DNA from: an uncultured cyanobacterium
Lineage (GTDB): Bacteria > Cyanobacteriota > Cyanobacteriia > PCC-9006 > JAAUQQ01
Reading direction: 5' to 3'
Assembly: GCA_963718615.1 (NCBI GenBank)
Contig: OY970368.1
Coordinates: forward strand, 1,440,001-1,504,000
DNA: 64,000 bases
The translations under genes were made by a program, and so were the position numbers. The notes under the pieces are model-generated. The model was not told the origin of the DNA and did no database searches. It was given only the letters and a program-made list of their open reading frames with translations. Below, piece by piece: positions 19,696-29,912 of the stretch. Within the stretch, counting starts at the first letter, position 1. Every line of letters begins with the position of its first letter.

Positions 19696-22245
19696 ATGAC
19701 CCCTCCCAGCCCCCTCCCCAACTGGAAGCAACTTCACCAGGCTTTGGCCGTTGAAGCCGAGCGGGGATTTAACAATCTCAAGGGCAATCGTTATTGGTTT
19801 AATGAGTTTTTGGCGCTCAGTTTTCAGCAACTGCCGGAGCAGTTTTCGGCGGCGGATCAGGCCCGCTGGGGGGAGATGGGCGATCGCTTCGCGGCCTACC
19901 CCGAGCTTACCTTTGCCCAGCGGCAGCATTTAATTGCGGAGACTCGCCGCACGCTTTACCAGTTGCGCAAGATCTACGAGCTGGGGACTGGGACTGGGGA
20001 TTCTAGGGTAGCTGATGGTTCTGGGATTCCCTTGGCGGGACGGGCGATCGCCTCCGAGAACAAAGCCAAAAAAACTCAAAAAACGAAAAAGCCCAAGACA
20101 ACGCCTTTGGTTAGCCCCAATCAAAATTTGGGCGGTCCGGCCATCGACCTGGAAATTCCCCTCACCCAGCTCAACGGTATCGGTCCTAAGAACGGCGAAA
20201 AACTAGCTCGGCTAGGGTTATGGACCGTGCGAGATTTGCTGTTTTACTATCCCCGCGACCATCTGGACTATGCCAAGCAGGTCAATATTCGTGAACTTGA
20301 ACCGGGAGAAATGGCGACGCTGATTGCGACGGTGAAGCGCTGCAACTGTTTTACTAGCCCTCGGAATCATAAATTGACGATTTTTGATCTGGTGGTGCGG
20401 GACCATTCGGGACAAATTAAGCTGAGTCGGTTTTATGCAGGCCATCGATTTTCCAGTCGCGGCTGGCAAGAGCAGCAAAAGCGCATGTATCCGCCGGGGG
20501 CGACGATCGCGGCTTCGGGGATGGTCAAGCAGGGCAAGTATGGCGTGACGTTGGAGGATCCGGAGATCGAAGTCTTGGACCACAGCGGCGGTCGGATCGA
20601 ATCCCTCAAAATTGGCCGAGTCGTGCCGGTCTATTCACTGACAGAAGGAATTGGGGCGGACTTGGTACGGCGGGCAGTGATTGCGGCATTGCCCTCGGCC
20701 CAGTCTCTCAAGGACGCTTTACCCAAAGGGTTGCGGGAGAAATATGGATTGGTGGGGTTGGCGGAGGCGATCGCCCAAATCCACTATCCCGACGATGCCG
20801 ACCATCTCCAAGCCGCCCGCCGCCGCTTGGTGTTTGACGAATTCTTCTATTTACAACTGGGCCTGCTTAAACGCCGCGCCCGCAATCGTCAGGAACAAAC
20901 CAGCATTGTCCTGGTGCCGACGGGAAAATTAATCGAGCAGTTCTATGAGCTGTTGCCCTTTGAGTTTACCGGGGCACAGCGGCGGGTGGTCAATGCCATT
21001 TTGACGGATTTGCAACAGCCCGTGCCGATGAACCGACTGGTCCAGGGGGACGTGGGTTCAGGTAAAACCGTGGTGGCGGTGGTGGCACTGCTGGCGGCGA
21101 TCCAGACGGGATACCAAGGGGCCTTTATGGCTCCCACGGAAGTTTTGGCTGAGCAGCACTATCGCAAACTGGTGGAATGGTTTAACCCGCTGAATCTGCC
21201 GGTGGAGTTGCTCACGGGCTCGACCAAAACCGCTAAACGGCGGGAAATCCATCGTCAGCTCGAAACTGGCGAACTGCCCTTACTTGTGGGCACCCATGCT
21301 CTAATCCAGGATCCGGTCCAGTTTAATCGCCTAGGTCTCGCGGTGATCGACGAACAGCATCGCTTCGGCGTCGCCCAACGGGCCAAGCTCCAACAAAAGG
21401 GCGACAATCCCCACGTCCTGACGATGACTGCTACGCCCATTCCCCGAACCCTGGCCCTGACACTCCATGGGGATCTCGATGTAAGTCAAATTGATGAATT
21501 GCCCCCCGGTCGCCAAGCCATTCAAACGACGGTGCTGAGCAGTAGCGATCGCCAGCAAGCCTACGATCTGATGCGTCGGCAAATTGCCCAGGGCCGCCAA
21601 GTCTATGTGGTCTTACCGCTGGTGGAAGAATCAGAAAAGCTGGATTTGAAATCGGCGATCGAAGAACATCAAATTCTTCAAGACAGTGTTTTTCCTGAAT
21701 TCAAAGTGGGGTTGCTCCATGGACGCATGAGCTCGGTGGAAAAAGATGAAGCGATTCAAGCCTTTCGCGATCGCCACACCCACCTCCTGGTCTCCACCAC
21801 CGTCGTCGAGGTCGGCGTCGATATTCCCAATGCCACGGTGATGCTGATCGAACATGCGGAGCGGTTTGGTCTTTCTCAACTGCACCAGTTGCGGGGGCGC
21901 GTCGGGCGAGGAGCCTCCCAGTCCTACTGTTTATTAATGAGTGCCTCCAAAAACGAAACTGCCCAGCAACGGCTCAAGGTCATGGAGCAATCCCAGGACG
22001 GCTTTTTTATCTCGGAAATGGATATGCGCTTTCGCGGACCCGGCCAAGTGCTAGGCACTCGCCAATCGGGCCTCCCAGACTTTGCTCTCGCCAGCCTGGT
22101 GGACGACCAGGAAGTTCTAGAAATGGCGCGGATGGCGGCGGAGAAGGCGATCGAAAAGGACGAAACCCTAGCCCGCTGGCCGTTAATGCAGGCGGAACTG
22201 ACCTATCGCTATAAGCGACTCATGGGTGGCGCGATTTTGACCTAG
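19696..22245 (+). CDS. recG: ATP-dependent DNA helicase RecG
   Basis: QGDVGSGKT, DEQHRFG, MTATPIPRT, QLHQLRGRVGRG. Confidence 0.98.
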   Translation: MTPPSPLPNWKQLHQALAVEAERGFNNLKGNRYWFNEFLALSFQQLPEQFSAADQARWGEMGDRFAAYPELTFAQRQHLIAETRRTLYQLRKIYELGTGTGDSRVADGSGIPLAGRAIASENKAKKTQKTKKPKTTPLVSPNQNLGGPAIDLEIPLTQLNGIGPKNGEKLARLGLWTVRDLLFYYPRDHLDYAKQVNIRELEPGEMATLIATVKRCNCFTSPRNHKLTIFDLVVRDHSGQIKLSRFYAGHRFSSRGWQEQQKRMYPPGATIAASGMVKQGKYGVTLEDPEIEVLDHSGGRIESLKIGRVVPVYSLTEGIGADLVRRAVIAALPSAQSLKDALPKGLREKYGLVGLAEAIAQIHYPDDADHLQAARRRLVFDEFFYLQLGLLKRRARNRQEQTSIVLVPTGKLIEQFYELLPFEFTGAQRRVVNAILTDLQQPVPMNRLVQGDVGSGKTVVAVVALLAAIQTGYQGAFMAPTEVLAEQHYRKLVEWFNPLNLPVELLTGSTKTAKRREIHRQLETGELPLLVGTHALIQDPVQFNRLGLAVIDEQHRFGVAQRAKLQQKGDNPHVLTMTATPIPRTLALTLHGDLDVSQIDELPPGRQAIQTTVLSSSDRQQAYDLMRRQIAQGRQVYVVLPLVEESEKLDLKSAIEEHQILQDSVFPEFKVGLLHGRMSSVEKDEAIQAFRDRHTHLLVSTTVVEVGVDIPNATVMLIEHAERFGLSQLHQLRGRVGRGASQSYCLLMSASKNETAQQRLKVMEQSQDGFFISEMDMRFRGPGQVLGTRQSGLPDFALASLVDDQEVLEMARMAAEKAIEKDETLARWPLMQAELTYRYKRLMGGAILT

Positions 22246-23078
22246 GGGCAGAAGCAACGTCAAAACCATAAAAAACCTTATTTTCTGTTTAAGCTTACGC
22301 ATAGTGACGAATGCAACAATTCGTCGTTATCTAAGTAGTAAAAAAAGTTTTGTGCTCTTAACTACAAGAGGTTTTTTGGCTTGATATTCCGAGATCTAGA
22401 GTTCTGTCTTTTTTCAGTAAGGTTCGTTTTTGTACCGCGAAACCCTCATGTTATTCGGATGTCAAAAACGAATAAATACTCGTGTTTTAAGCATCTGTTT
22501 CAATGCGTCGAAATTTAAGATAAAGCTTCGATAAAATCTCCTGCTATCCCCTCTCGATTTAGGGAGAATTAAACAGCGAAAAGAGTTTCTCGATGCGCTT
22601 ACTCAATGCGCTTGTTTAATTCGTCTCTCCGCTTGAATTACGTTTTAATCATGCTCCGTACTGTGCTACCCTTCCTGCTCAAATTTTGAACTCAGCTCAT
22701 CTTGAATCCACTCTGTTCAATATTGAGTTCAACATTCATTTGAAGTTTGCTCTGAACTCCGGTCTGTGCTTTTTGTGCCCAAAAAACCTTTACCTATGCC
22801 TGAATTAATCTCTGTTATTCAAGCTCCTGTCACTCGACCTGCTGTCATTCAAGTTGCTTTCACTCAAGCTGAGCGATCGCCCCCTAAGCCATCCCCGACA
22901 GGCCATACATTCTTTGAAACAACCCAAATCCCTAATCCTCACCCTCCAACTGCTGATGAAGTAAAACACAGCGTAACCGATCAAGAGACAACCCCAGTGG
23001 CCAAATTGGCTATAAGTTAGAAAAACTGCAATCCGCAATCTATGTGCCTATAAGGCTTTGTGCTTGGAGATTATCCTA

Positions 23079-24524
23079 ATGCCAGCCCGGACTCGAAATC
23101 GGTTTACATTAAACCGTTCTAATCCTTTTCTACCCACCTCTTCCTCGGTCCCATCGCGATCGCGACACCCTCGGGCACAAAATCCATCGGTGAGGGACCA
23201 TCGTGCATCGACCCCAACCGCCCCACCCACCCAGACGGCTCCCGAGGGAGAGAATGATCCCTGGTCGCCTTCCTTGGAGGCGGTGCTGGAGCAACCCCCC
23301 TCTCAACTGCCACTCTTTTTAACCCTTGGCGGATTGCTCTTTATCAGCGCCTTTGGAGCCTGGAGCTGGTTGGGTCAGTTTGATGAAATTGGCCACGCTC
23401 AGGGACGTTTGGTCCCCCAAGGAGAACTGTATAAAATTCACTCCTCAGAGGCAGGAAAAATCGTTTCTTTAGCCGTGAAGGAGGGCGATACCGTCAAAGA
23501 GGGAGACCTCATCGCCGTTCTGGATAACGATCTAGCCAAAGTTGAGTTGGAACGGCTCCGGCAGGCTAGCCAAAGCCTAGAACTTCAGCTTTTACAACAA
23601 AAGGATTTGATGGGAAAACTGCAACTGGAGCTGCAAAGTCGGCAGTTTATCAACGATGCAGATGTACAGGCCCAGCGGGTTGCCATCGCCCAAGCGGCGC
23701 TCAAGGTCGAGACCTCTTTGGGTCTCTTCCAACAATCCCAAGTGGATTTGGACAGCTATCGTGAGCGCATCAATCGCATTGAGCCCTTGGTCGCAGAAGG
23801 GGCGATCGCCCGAGAGCGCCTGTTCGATATCGAACAACAAATGCGCGATCGCCAAAGTAATGTGATTCAAAACCAAGGCGGTGTCGCCCAGGCGCAAACT
23901 GAGGTTCAGCAGCTCAAGGCGTTGCTGGATCAGCGAATGGCGGAGGGGCAACGCAGCGTTTTTGAAGGGCAGCAGCAGTTGCAAAGCCTGATTCTGCAAA
24001 TCACGCAGCTTCAGGGTAAGCTACAGGAGAATGAAACCCTACTGCGCAGTGCCCAGACTCGGTTTCAGCAATATTTTTTGCATGCGCCGGTCAGCGGCAT
24101 TGTTTCGTCCCTCGCCATCAAAAATCCCGGTGAGGTGATTCAGCCGGGACAAACCCTGCTTGAAATGCGTTCCAGCGATGATCCTTTGGTTCTCGAAGCC
24201 GCACTCAACAGTCGAGAAGCGGGGTTTGTGAAAGTGGGAATGCCAGTCAAGATCAAGTTTGATGCCTATCCCTATCAAAAGTTTGGGGTCATTTCTGGCA
24301 AGGTTGTCTTCACCTCACCCGACAGTGAAATTGATCCCCAGCTTGGGGCAATTTATCGCATCAAGGTCCAGCTCGAACGCAACTATATTTTGTCTGAAGA
24401 ACAGAAGGTTGAGTTTAAAGCAGGCCAAACGGCGATCGCGGATATTGTCATTCGTCGCCGCCGAATCATCGATATTCTGCTGGAACCGATTCAGCAGTTG
24501 CGTCAAAATAGTGGAGCATCTTAG
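23079..24524 (+). CDS. HlyD-family type I secretion membrane fusion protein
   Basis: TM, lipoyl-like VKEGDTVKEGD, coiled coil, APVSG, KFDAYPYQKFG; GGAG RBS before the ATG at 23079. Confidence 0.93.
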   Translation: MPARTRNRFTLNRSNPFLPTSSSVPSRSRHPRAQNPSVRDHRASTPTAPPTQTAPEGENDPWSPSLEAVLEQPPSQLPLFLTLGGLLFISAFGAWSWLGQFDEIGHAQGRLVPQGELYKIHSSEAGKIVSLAVKEGDTVKEGDLIAVLDNDLAKVELERLRQASQSLELQLLQQKDLMGKLQLELQSRQFINDADVQAQRVAIAQAALKVETSLGLFQQSQVDLDSYRERINRIEPLVAEGAIARERLFDIEQQMRDRQSNVIQNQGGVAQAQTEVQQLKALLDQRMAEGQRSVFEGQQQLQSLILQITQLQGKLQENETLLRSAQTRFQQYFLHAPVSGIVSSLAIKNPGEVIQPGQTLLEMRSSDDPLVLEAALNSREAGFVKVGMPVKIKFDAYPYQKFGVISGKVVFTSPDSEIDPQLGAIYRIKVQLERNYILSEEQKVEFKAGQTAIADIVIRRRRIIDILLEPIQQLRQNSGAS

Positions 24525-24591
24525 ATAGCTTTGTTTTGCCCAGACTTTAACGGTTTTGATATTGAAGTATCACTCAGGTTGTACTCAGAAC

Positions 24592-25068
24592 ATGACGAAC
24601 TCTACATACTCCCGCTCTTCCTATTCCCAGACTTCCTACAGTCATGGATCAAAGGAGGATAAGGCATTTAACGAACAGGCGTTTTCAGATATTGTCGCGG
24701 CGATTTCTGAGGGGAAATATTCCTGGGCCTGTGTGCTGATTCTGCGGTTTGCAGGCTATAATCCCCTCCATTACATTCCCTATCGTACCTATAACCGGAT
24801 TTTGAAGGCCAATATGAACTTTCGCAGCAAACCCATGCGAAATGAAATTCGGGGTGAAATTCGAGGGACGCAAGCAGCAAATCAAATGGCTTCCCATGGG
24901 TCTGTACATTCGGATATTCAGCCCATAAATCAGCCCCTATCTCAATCTGTGAATCCACCGATGAGCGCCTGTCATATCTCAGACTTATCCCATCTTGATG
25001 TGCCTTCTGAGGAGGAAAAGCAAACGGTTCAAGGGGGACAAGGATTGCGTTGGTGGTTTCCGTTTTAG
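24592..25068 (+). CDS. HetP-family protein with C-terminal double-glycine motif
   Basis: [29 protein letters not shown] HetP signature; ends ISDLSHLD...[13 protein letters not shown]. Confidence 0.88.
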   Translation: MTNSTYSRSSYSQTSYSHGSKEDKAFNEQAFSDIVAAISEGKYSWACVLILRFAGYNPLHYIPYRTYNRILKANMNFRSKPMRNEIRGEIRGTQAANQMASHGSVHSDIQPINQPLSQSVNPPMSACHISDLSHLDVPSEEEKQTVQGGQGLRWWFPF

Positions 25069-25155
25069 TAGTTTCTGTTCTAGTGGTTTCTGTTCTAATC
25101 CTCGTTTGATTTAACTTCTGCCATTGTTTTGTCCATCCCTAGGGGAAGCAAAAAT

Positions 25156-28100
25156 ATGATCCAAGGCCTGAATTTGCTCAATTTTCAGAAGCCTTCCAGC
25201 CCTGCCCATCGCCAAATTTGTGAGCAAGCGATCGCCCAGTGGTTAGCCCAAACGAGCTGTGATTTACAGTTGGCCGCTAAGCTGAACCAAACGGTTGAAT
25301 GGGCTGCTGTAGAGTTGGGGACGGTGATTTTAGAAGGACAAACCCAGCCGCAGTTTGCCTCGCCGGAGGAGGCGGCGGTTTATTGGGTGGTGCAGGGCCG
25401 AGTGCGGATTTTGTGTCCCAGTGGTTCACGGCGAGAGGTGTCCGCTCAGGTGCTCGAAACGGGGGCGACGCTAAGTCAGGCAGCCCTGTGGATGGAATCC
25501 CCCCTTGCCTATCGGGCCGTAGCGGCAGGCAGCGGCTGGGTGGCGCGCATAGCCGCAAAAGAACTCAAGCCCTGGCTAGAGCAGTGGCCAGAGCTGGCAA
25601 CGTTGCTGCGCCAAGAGGCCCAAACCCGAGACAATCTGATCTTTTTTAAGAGCCAGGTGTTTACAGAGGGGCGATCGCCCACCAGCTATCAGTTGCAAAA
25701 GCTACTGGAAAATCTGGAAACCCAGGGAATAGGGCCGGGTCAATCCCTGCAAGCCTTGGAGGCAACGGATTATTACTGGTTGCGTCGAGGGTCTATCGGG
25801 CTGCGCAATCCTGACGCCCCTGACCATCCCACCCCACCCCAGCCGGGGCAGGGCTGGGGCTATCCAGCATCGGGAGCAGCCCATTGGGTCGCCCAAGAAC
25901 CGCTGGTGATCTATCGGCTACCGCGCGATCGCTGGGCCGATATCCACAGTGTGGCCCCCGATATTTTGCCCTTTTGGCAACCGGTGGAAGGGGCGGAAGG
26001 CACAACTTCGACCTCAGAAGACGACTATCCCTCCGAGCAAACCCTCCATCGTCGACTGACGCGGCGACGCAATCAACGCCCCCACCAAACCCCACCGGCC
26101 ATCGCGAGTCTTGCGGGGATCAGAGCTTCGAAGGCAGGAGCGGCCTCGACCCCCAACCCAACCCCAGCGGGGAGCGATCGCCGCCGCAGCGAACCCAATG
26201 TCGAATTTCCTACGCCCCGTCACCGTCCCCTAGGACATCGGCTCTGGCGTCGCTATCCGTTTATTGCTCAGCAAAGCGCGGCGGATTGCGGTCCCACCTG
26301 TTTGGCCATGATTGCTCAGTATTGGGGACATCGGCTCAATCTCAATGTTCTGCGGGAAATGGCCTATGTGGGACGTTCGGGGGCAACCATCAAAAACCTA
26401 GCGGGGGCCGCAGAAAAGGCCGGATTTGCCGCTCGACCCGTGCGGGCGAGTTTGAGCGTGTTGGCAGAACAACGGCTGCCTTGGGTGGCTCACTGGCAAG
26501 GGGATCACTACGTCGTGGTCTATCGGGTGCAGGGCGATCGCCTTTGGCTCGCCGATCCAGCGCGGGGTAAGCGCCAAATTTCCCGGCAGTTATTTCAGCG
26601 CAACTGGAGTGGCTATGCGCTGCTGTTGGAACCCACCGATCGGCTCAAACAATCGGAAGCGGCACAGAAAGCCTCCTTGGGACGATTTTGGAAGGTCCTT
26701 TGGCCCTATCGATCGATTCTGGGCCAGATCATTTTGATCTCGCTGTTGATGCAGGTCTTTGGTCTGGTCAGTCCGATTTTTACCCAGGTTATTTTGGACC
26801 AGGTAGTGGTGCAAAAGAGTATTGATACCCTCAATATTTTTGCCTTGGGCGCGCTTCTATTTGGCGTATGGCGGATTGGGTTAGGTTCAGTTCGACAATA
26901 TTTATTAGATTACTTCTCCAATCGACTGAATCTGACGCTGGTGAGTGCATTTGTCAATCATGCCTTGCGTCTACCCATGTCGTTTTTTGAGAATCGACAG
27001 GTCGGGGATATCATTACCCGAATTCAAGAAAATCGCAAAATTCAAGCTTTTTTAGTTCGGCAGGCGGTTTCTACTTGGTTAGATGCCACCATGGCCCTTG
27101 TTTACATGGGCCTCATGTTTTACTACAACGCCCAATTGGCCTGGTTAGTCTTAGCCTTGTTGCCGCCGATTATCCTGTTGACATTGGCTGCAACCCCTTT
27201 CTTAAAACAGCTCTCCCGTGAGGTATTTAACAAAGCGGCGGAACAGAATTCGTTGTTAGTGGAGATGCTGTCGGGCATTGCGACGGTCAAAGCCGCCGCA
27301 GCGGAGCAGGAAGTACGGTGGCGCTGGGAAGACCGTCTGACCCAATTGCTGAATATTCAATTTCAGGCTCAAAAGCTCACGAATTCCCTGCAAGTGGTGG
27401 GTGGAATTATCAATGCCGTCGGTGGTCTTGCCTTGCTGTGGTATGGTGCCAAACTGGTGATTCAAGACGAGCTCACCATTGGTCAATTGATGGCATTTAA
27501 TATGCTGATCGGCAATGTCATCGGTCCTGTATTAGCCTTGGTGGGGTTATGGGATGAATTTCAAGAGGTTTTGATTGCGGTCGAACGATTGAATGATGTC
27601 TTAGAGACATCGCCTGAAGATTTTTCGGGGCAGCCAATGTTAATCTTGCCCCAAATCAAAGGAGAAGTGCGCTTTGAAGATGTAACGTTTCGCTATGATG
27701 CGGCAGCGGATCGCAATATTTTGCAGAATGTTTCGTTCACGATTCAGTCCGGTGAAACGGTGGCGTTGGTTGGTCGAAGTGGGTCTGGAAAAACGACACT
27801 CATTAAGTTGTTGCAAGGCATGTACCATCCCACCAATGGACGCATTTTGATCGACGGTCATGATATTGCACGGGTGTCACCCAATTCTTTGCGATCGCAA
27901 ATGGGAGTGGTCCCCCAGGAATCCTTCTTATTCTCGGGCACCATTCTAGAAAATATTCAGCTTTATCGGGATGACTACAGTCTGGCGGAAGCGGTCGAAG
28001 TGGCTAAACTAGCTGAGGCCCATAGCTTTATCCAGGAGTTACCCATGGGCTATTCCACTAAAGTCGGTGAACGTGGGGCAAATCTTTCAGGGGGACAACG

Positions 28101-28392
28101 TCAGCGGGTGGCGATCGCCCGTGCCCTACTGGGAGATCCGGCCATTTTGCTGCTGGATGAAGCCACCAGTGCGCTTGACACGGAGTCCGAACGTCGTTTT
28201 CAGCAAAATCTGGCCCATATTAGTCAAGGCAGAACCACATTTATTATTGCCCACCGTCTTTCAACGGTTCGGAACGCCGATCGGATCTTGGTCCTCGACA
28301 AGGGAATCGTCGTCGAACAGGGGAATCATGAGTCCCTAGTTGCCCAGCGAGGGCTTTACTATCACCTGGCCCAACAGCAGCTTGAACTGTAG
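25156..28392 (+). CDS. Peptidase C39-containing ABC transporter (HetC/HlyB-like) with degenerate cNMP-binding N-terminus
   Basis: QQSAADCGPTCL (Cys), HWQGDHYVVVY (His), LADP; Walker A GRSGSGKT, LSGGQ, LLLDEATS. Confidence 0.95.
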   Translation: MIQGLNLLNFQKPSSPAHRQICEQAIAQWLAQTSCDLQLAAKLNQTVEWAAVELGTVILEGQTQPQFASPEEAAVYWVVQGRVRILCPSGSRREVSAQVLETGATLSQAALWMESPLAYRAVAAGSGWVARIAAKELKPWLEQWPELATLLRQEAQTRDNLIFFKSQVFTEGRSPTSYQLQKLLENLETQGIGPGQSLQALEATDYYWLRRGSIGLRNPDAPDHPTPPQPGQGWGYPASGAAHWVAQEPLVIYRLPRDRWADIHSVAPDILPFWQPVEGAEGTTSTSEDDYPSEQTLHRRLTRRRNQRPHQTPPAIASLAGIRASKAGAASTPNPTPAGSDRRRSEPNVEFPTPRHRPLGHRLWRRYPFIAQQSAADCGPTCLAMIAQYWGHRLNLNVLREMAYVGRSGATIKNLAGAAEKAGFAARPVRASLSVLAEQRLPWVAHWQGDHYVVVYRVQGDRLWLADPARGKRQISRQLFQRNWSGYALLLEPTDRLKQSEAAQKASLGRFWKVLWPYRSILGQIILISLLMQVFGLVSPIFTQVILDQVVVQKSIDTLNIFALGALLFGVWRIGLGSVRQYLLDYFSNRLNLTLVSAFVNHALRLPMSFFENRQVGDIITRIQENRKIQAFLVRQAVSTWLDATMALVYMGLMFYYNAQLAWLVLALLPPIILLTLAATPFLKQLSREVFNKAAEQNSLLVEMLSGIATVKAAAAEQEVRWRWEDRLTQLLNIQFQAQKLTNSLQVVGGIINAVGGLALLWYGAKLVIQDELTIGQLMAFNMLIGNVIGPVLALVGLWDEFQEVLIAVERLNDVLETSPEDFSGQPMLILPQIKGEVRFEDVTFRYDAAADRNILQNVSFTIQSGETVALVGRSGSGKTTLIKLLQGMYHPTNGRILIDGHDIARVSPNSLRSQMGVVPQESFLFSGTILENIQLYRDDYSLAEAVEVAKLAEAHSFIQELPMGYSTKVGERGANLSGGQRQRVAIARALLGDPAILLLDEATSALDTESERRFQQNLAHISQGRTTFIIAHRLSTVRNADRILVLDKGIVVEQGNHESLVAQRGLYYHLAQQQLEL

Positions 28393-28565
28393 CCAGCCTC
28401 CGGGTCTCGAGGGCCGCTAGAACTTCTTGAGATTCTTGGGTCTTGGAGTATCAACTTCTGCTCCATATCACTGGACGCTAAAAATTTAAGCCAAATTGGC
28501 AACATCTATCTTCCTTTCTTCGATTCAATGGGATCTGAGGGAATAGCCTCGTAGGAGGAAAACCG

Positions 28566-29666
28566 ATGTTACGCCAGATTACTAATATCAGTCTATTGGG
28601 AAACCAATCGGGAACCCAAGGGGAAAACCAAGGGGAGGTTGGGGCGATCGCCAGGGGTCTTGAGATGACCCTCGAAGACGGGCAAGACTGGAATGGAGAT
28701 GGTTGGAACGATATTCAGGTAACACTCAATCTCACCCCTGGAAATAGCGCTGAGTTGGGGACCCAAGATGGTACCCAGGAGTATCCCTTTCAAGAAATCA
28801 CAAGCATTGCCTTTAGACTCGCTAACGGGAAGTTGGCAGGTCTCCAAATCATCGAACCATCCCCCCTAGCGGAGTCAAATCTAAATGAACCGTGGCTCCC
28901 CCCGCAGGATTACGAGGTTTGGATTCCCCTTAGCCAACCCGGAGTTGAAGATGGCGGAGTCCAAGCATTTAGCATGGTCTTCAGTCTGCCGAGTGATGGA
29001 GAGCAAATGGGGCAAGATTTGGATGCCCTGACACTGCTTCAGGATAGTCGCTGGCTCGTTCAAACCTATGGAACCCAGTCAGAATGGATCGCGGTGGAGA
29101 CCCATTCTTTTCAATTAGATCTACTCGATTCGTCTGAATCTGAAAACTCCCTTGATGCTGACAGGATAGATTTAGATCCTGAGACGGAACCTACTGATTC
29201 TGTCTTGAATCCCGAACCCAATCTTGAATCCATGCTTGATCCGGTTACAAATTTTTCTGACCCTAATAGTAACCTCAATAGCAACATTGCAGAGAATGAG
29301 ACCTTAGTCGGTGGATCTGCTTTAACATTGGGTCCAGAGGATCAGGTTGAGATTACCATTACACCCAATCTGGACGGAACGATTCCCTTTCCCCAACCGA
29401 CCCTCTCCTTTACCGAGCTACCGGGTTGGCAAATCTTTCAAAATATTTGGACAACTGTTGCATCGAGCCAGCCTGAGATTAATCAATTTACCATTATTGA
29501 CCATATCGATGGCGGCATCCGAAGTGTTGGATATTACGGCATTTCCAATCGTTCAGGTGAAGTCTTCATTGGTGGGAATACCCTCAGAGGCGTTTTTACA
29601 GAGACTTCACAGGATGATAGCGGCTCTTTTTCCTATTCACTTTCCGTTTCTTCAACCTTTCGATAA
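28566..29666 (+). CDS. Hypothetical acidic protein, possible type I secretion substrate
   Basis: AGGAGG RBS; 366-aa ORF; DWNGDGWND Ca-binding-like loop; lies between the exporter and the RTX gene. Confidence 0.65.
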   Translation: MLRQITNISLLGNQSGTQGENQGEVGAIARGLEMTLEDGQDWNGDGWNDIQVTLNLTPGNSAELGTQDGTQEYPFQEITSIAFRLANGKLAGLQIIEPSPLAESNLNEPWLPPQDYEVWIPLSQPGVEDGGVQAFSMVFSLPSDGEQMGQDLDALTLLQDSRWLVQTYGTQSEWIAVETHSFQLDLLDSSESENSLDADRIDLDPETEPTDSVLNPEPNLESMLDPVTNFSDPNSNLNSNIAENETLVGGSALTLGPEDQVEITITPNLDGTIPFPQPTLSFTELPGWQIFQNIWTTVASSQPEINQFTIIDHIDGGIRSVGYYGISNRSGEVFIGGNTLRGVFTETSQDDSGSFSYSLSVSSTFR

Positions 29667-29912
29667 AGGAGTTTGGCAAAGTAATTTAATAAGGGCATTA
29701 AGTAAAGAAATCACGTTAAACCAACAAAGTATTATCGTTTAATTGCTCGGCTTGATTAGAACTTGATTGGCATTTTGGCATCCTTTTTGTTAACGAGGCA
29801 ACTATCGTGGGTCTATGTAATTTGGCCCATTCTCTGGATTCTGTCCTTTTGTTATACCTGCAAAAAACTGCAGCAGACAATCCAGAGCCATCGTTTTTAG
29901 GAGCAATGATCT

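Noticed and set aside
24592-28392. Evidence for heterocyst differentiation
   Set aside because: HetP/HetC-like clusters also occur in non-heterocystous cyanobacteria; no other het or nif genes are present here.
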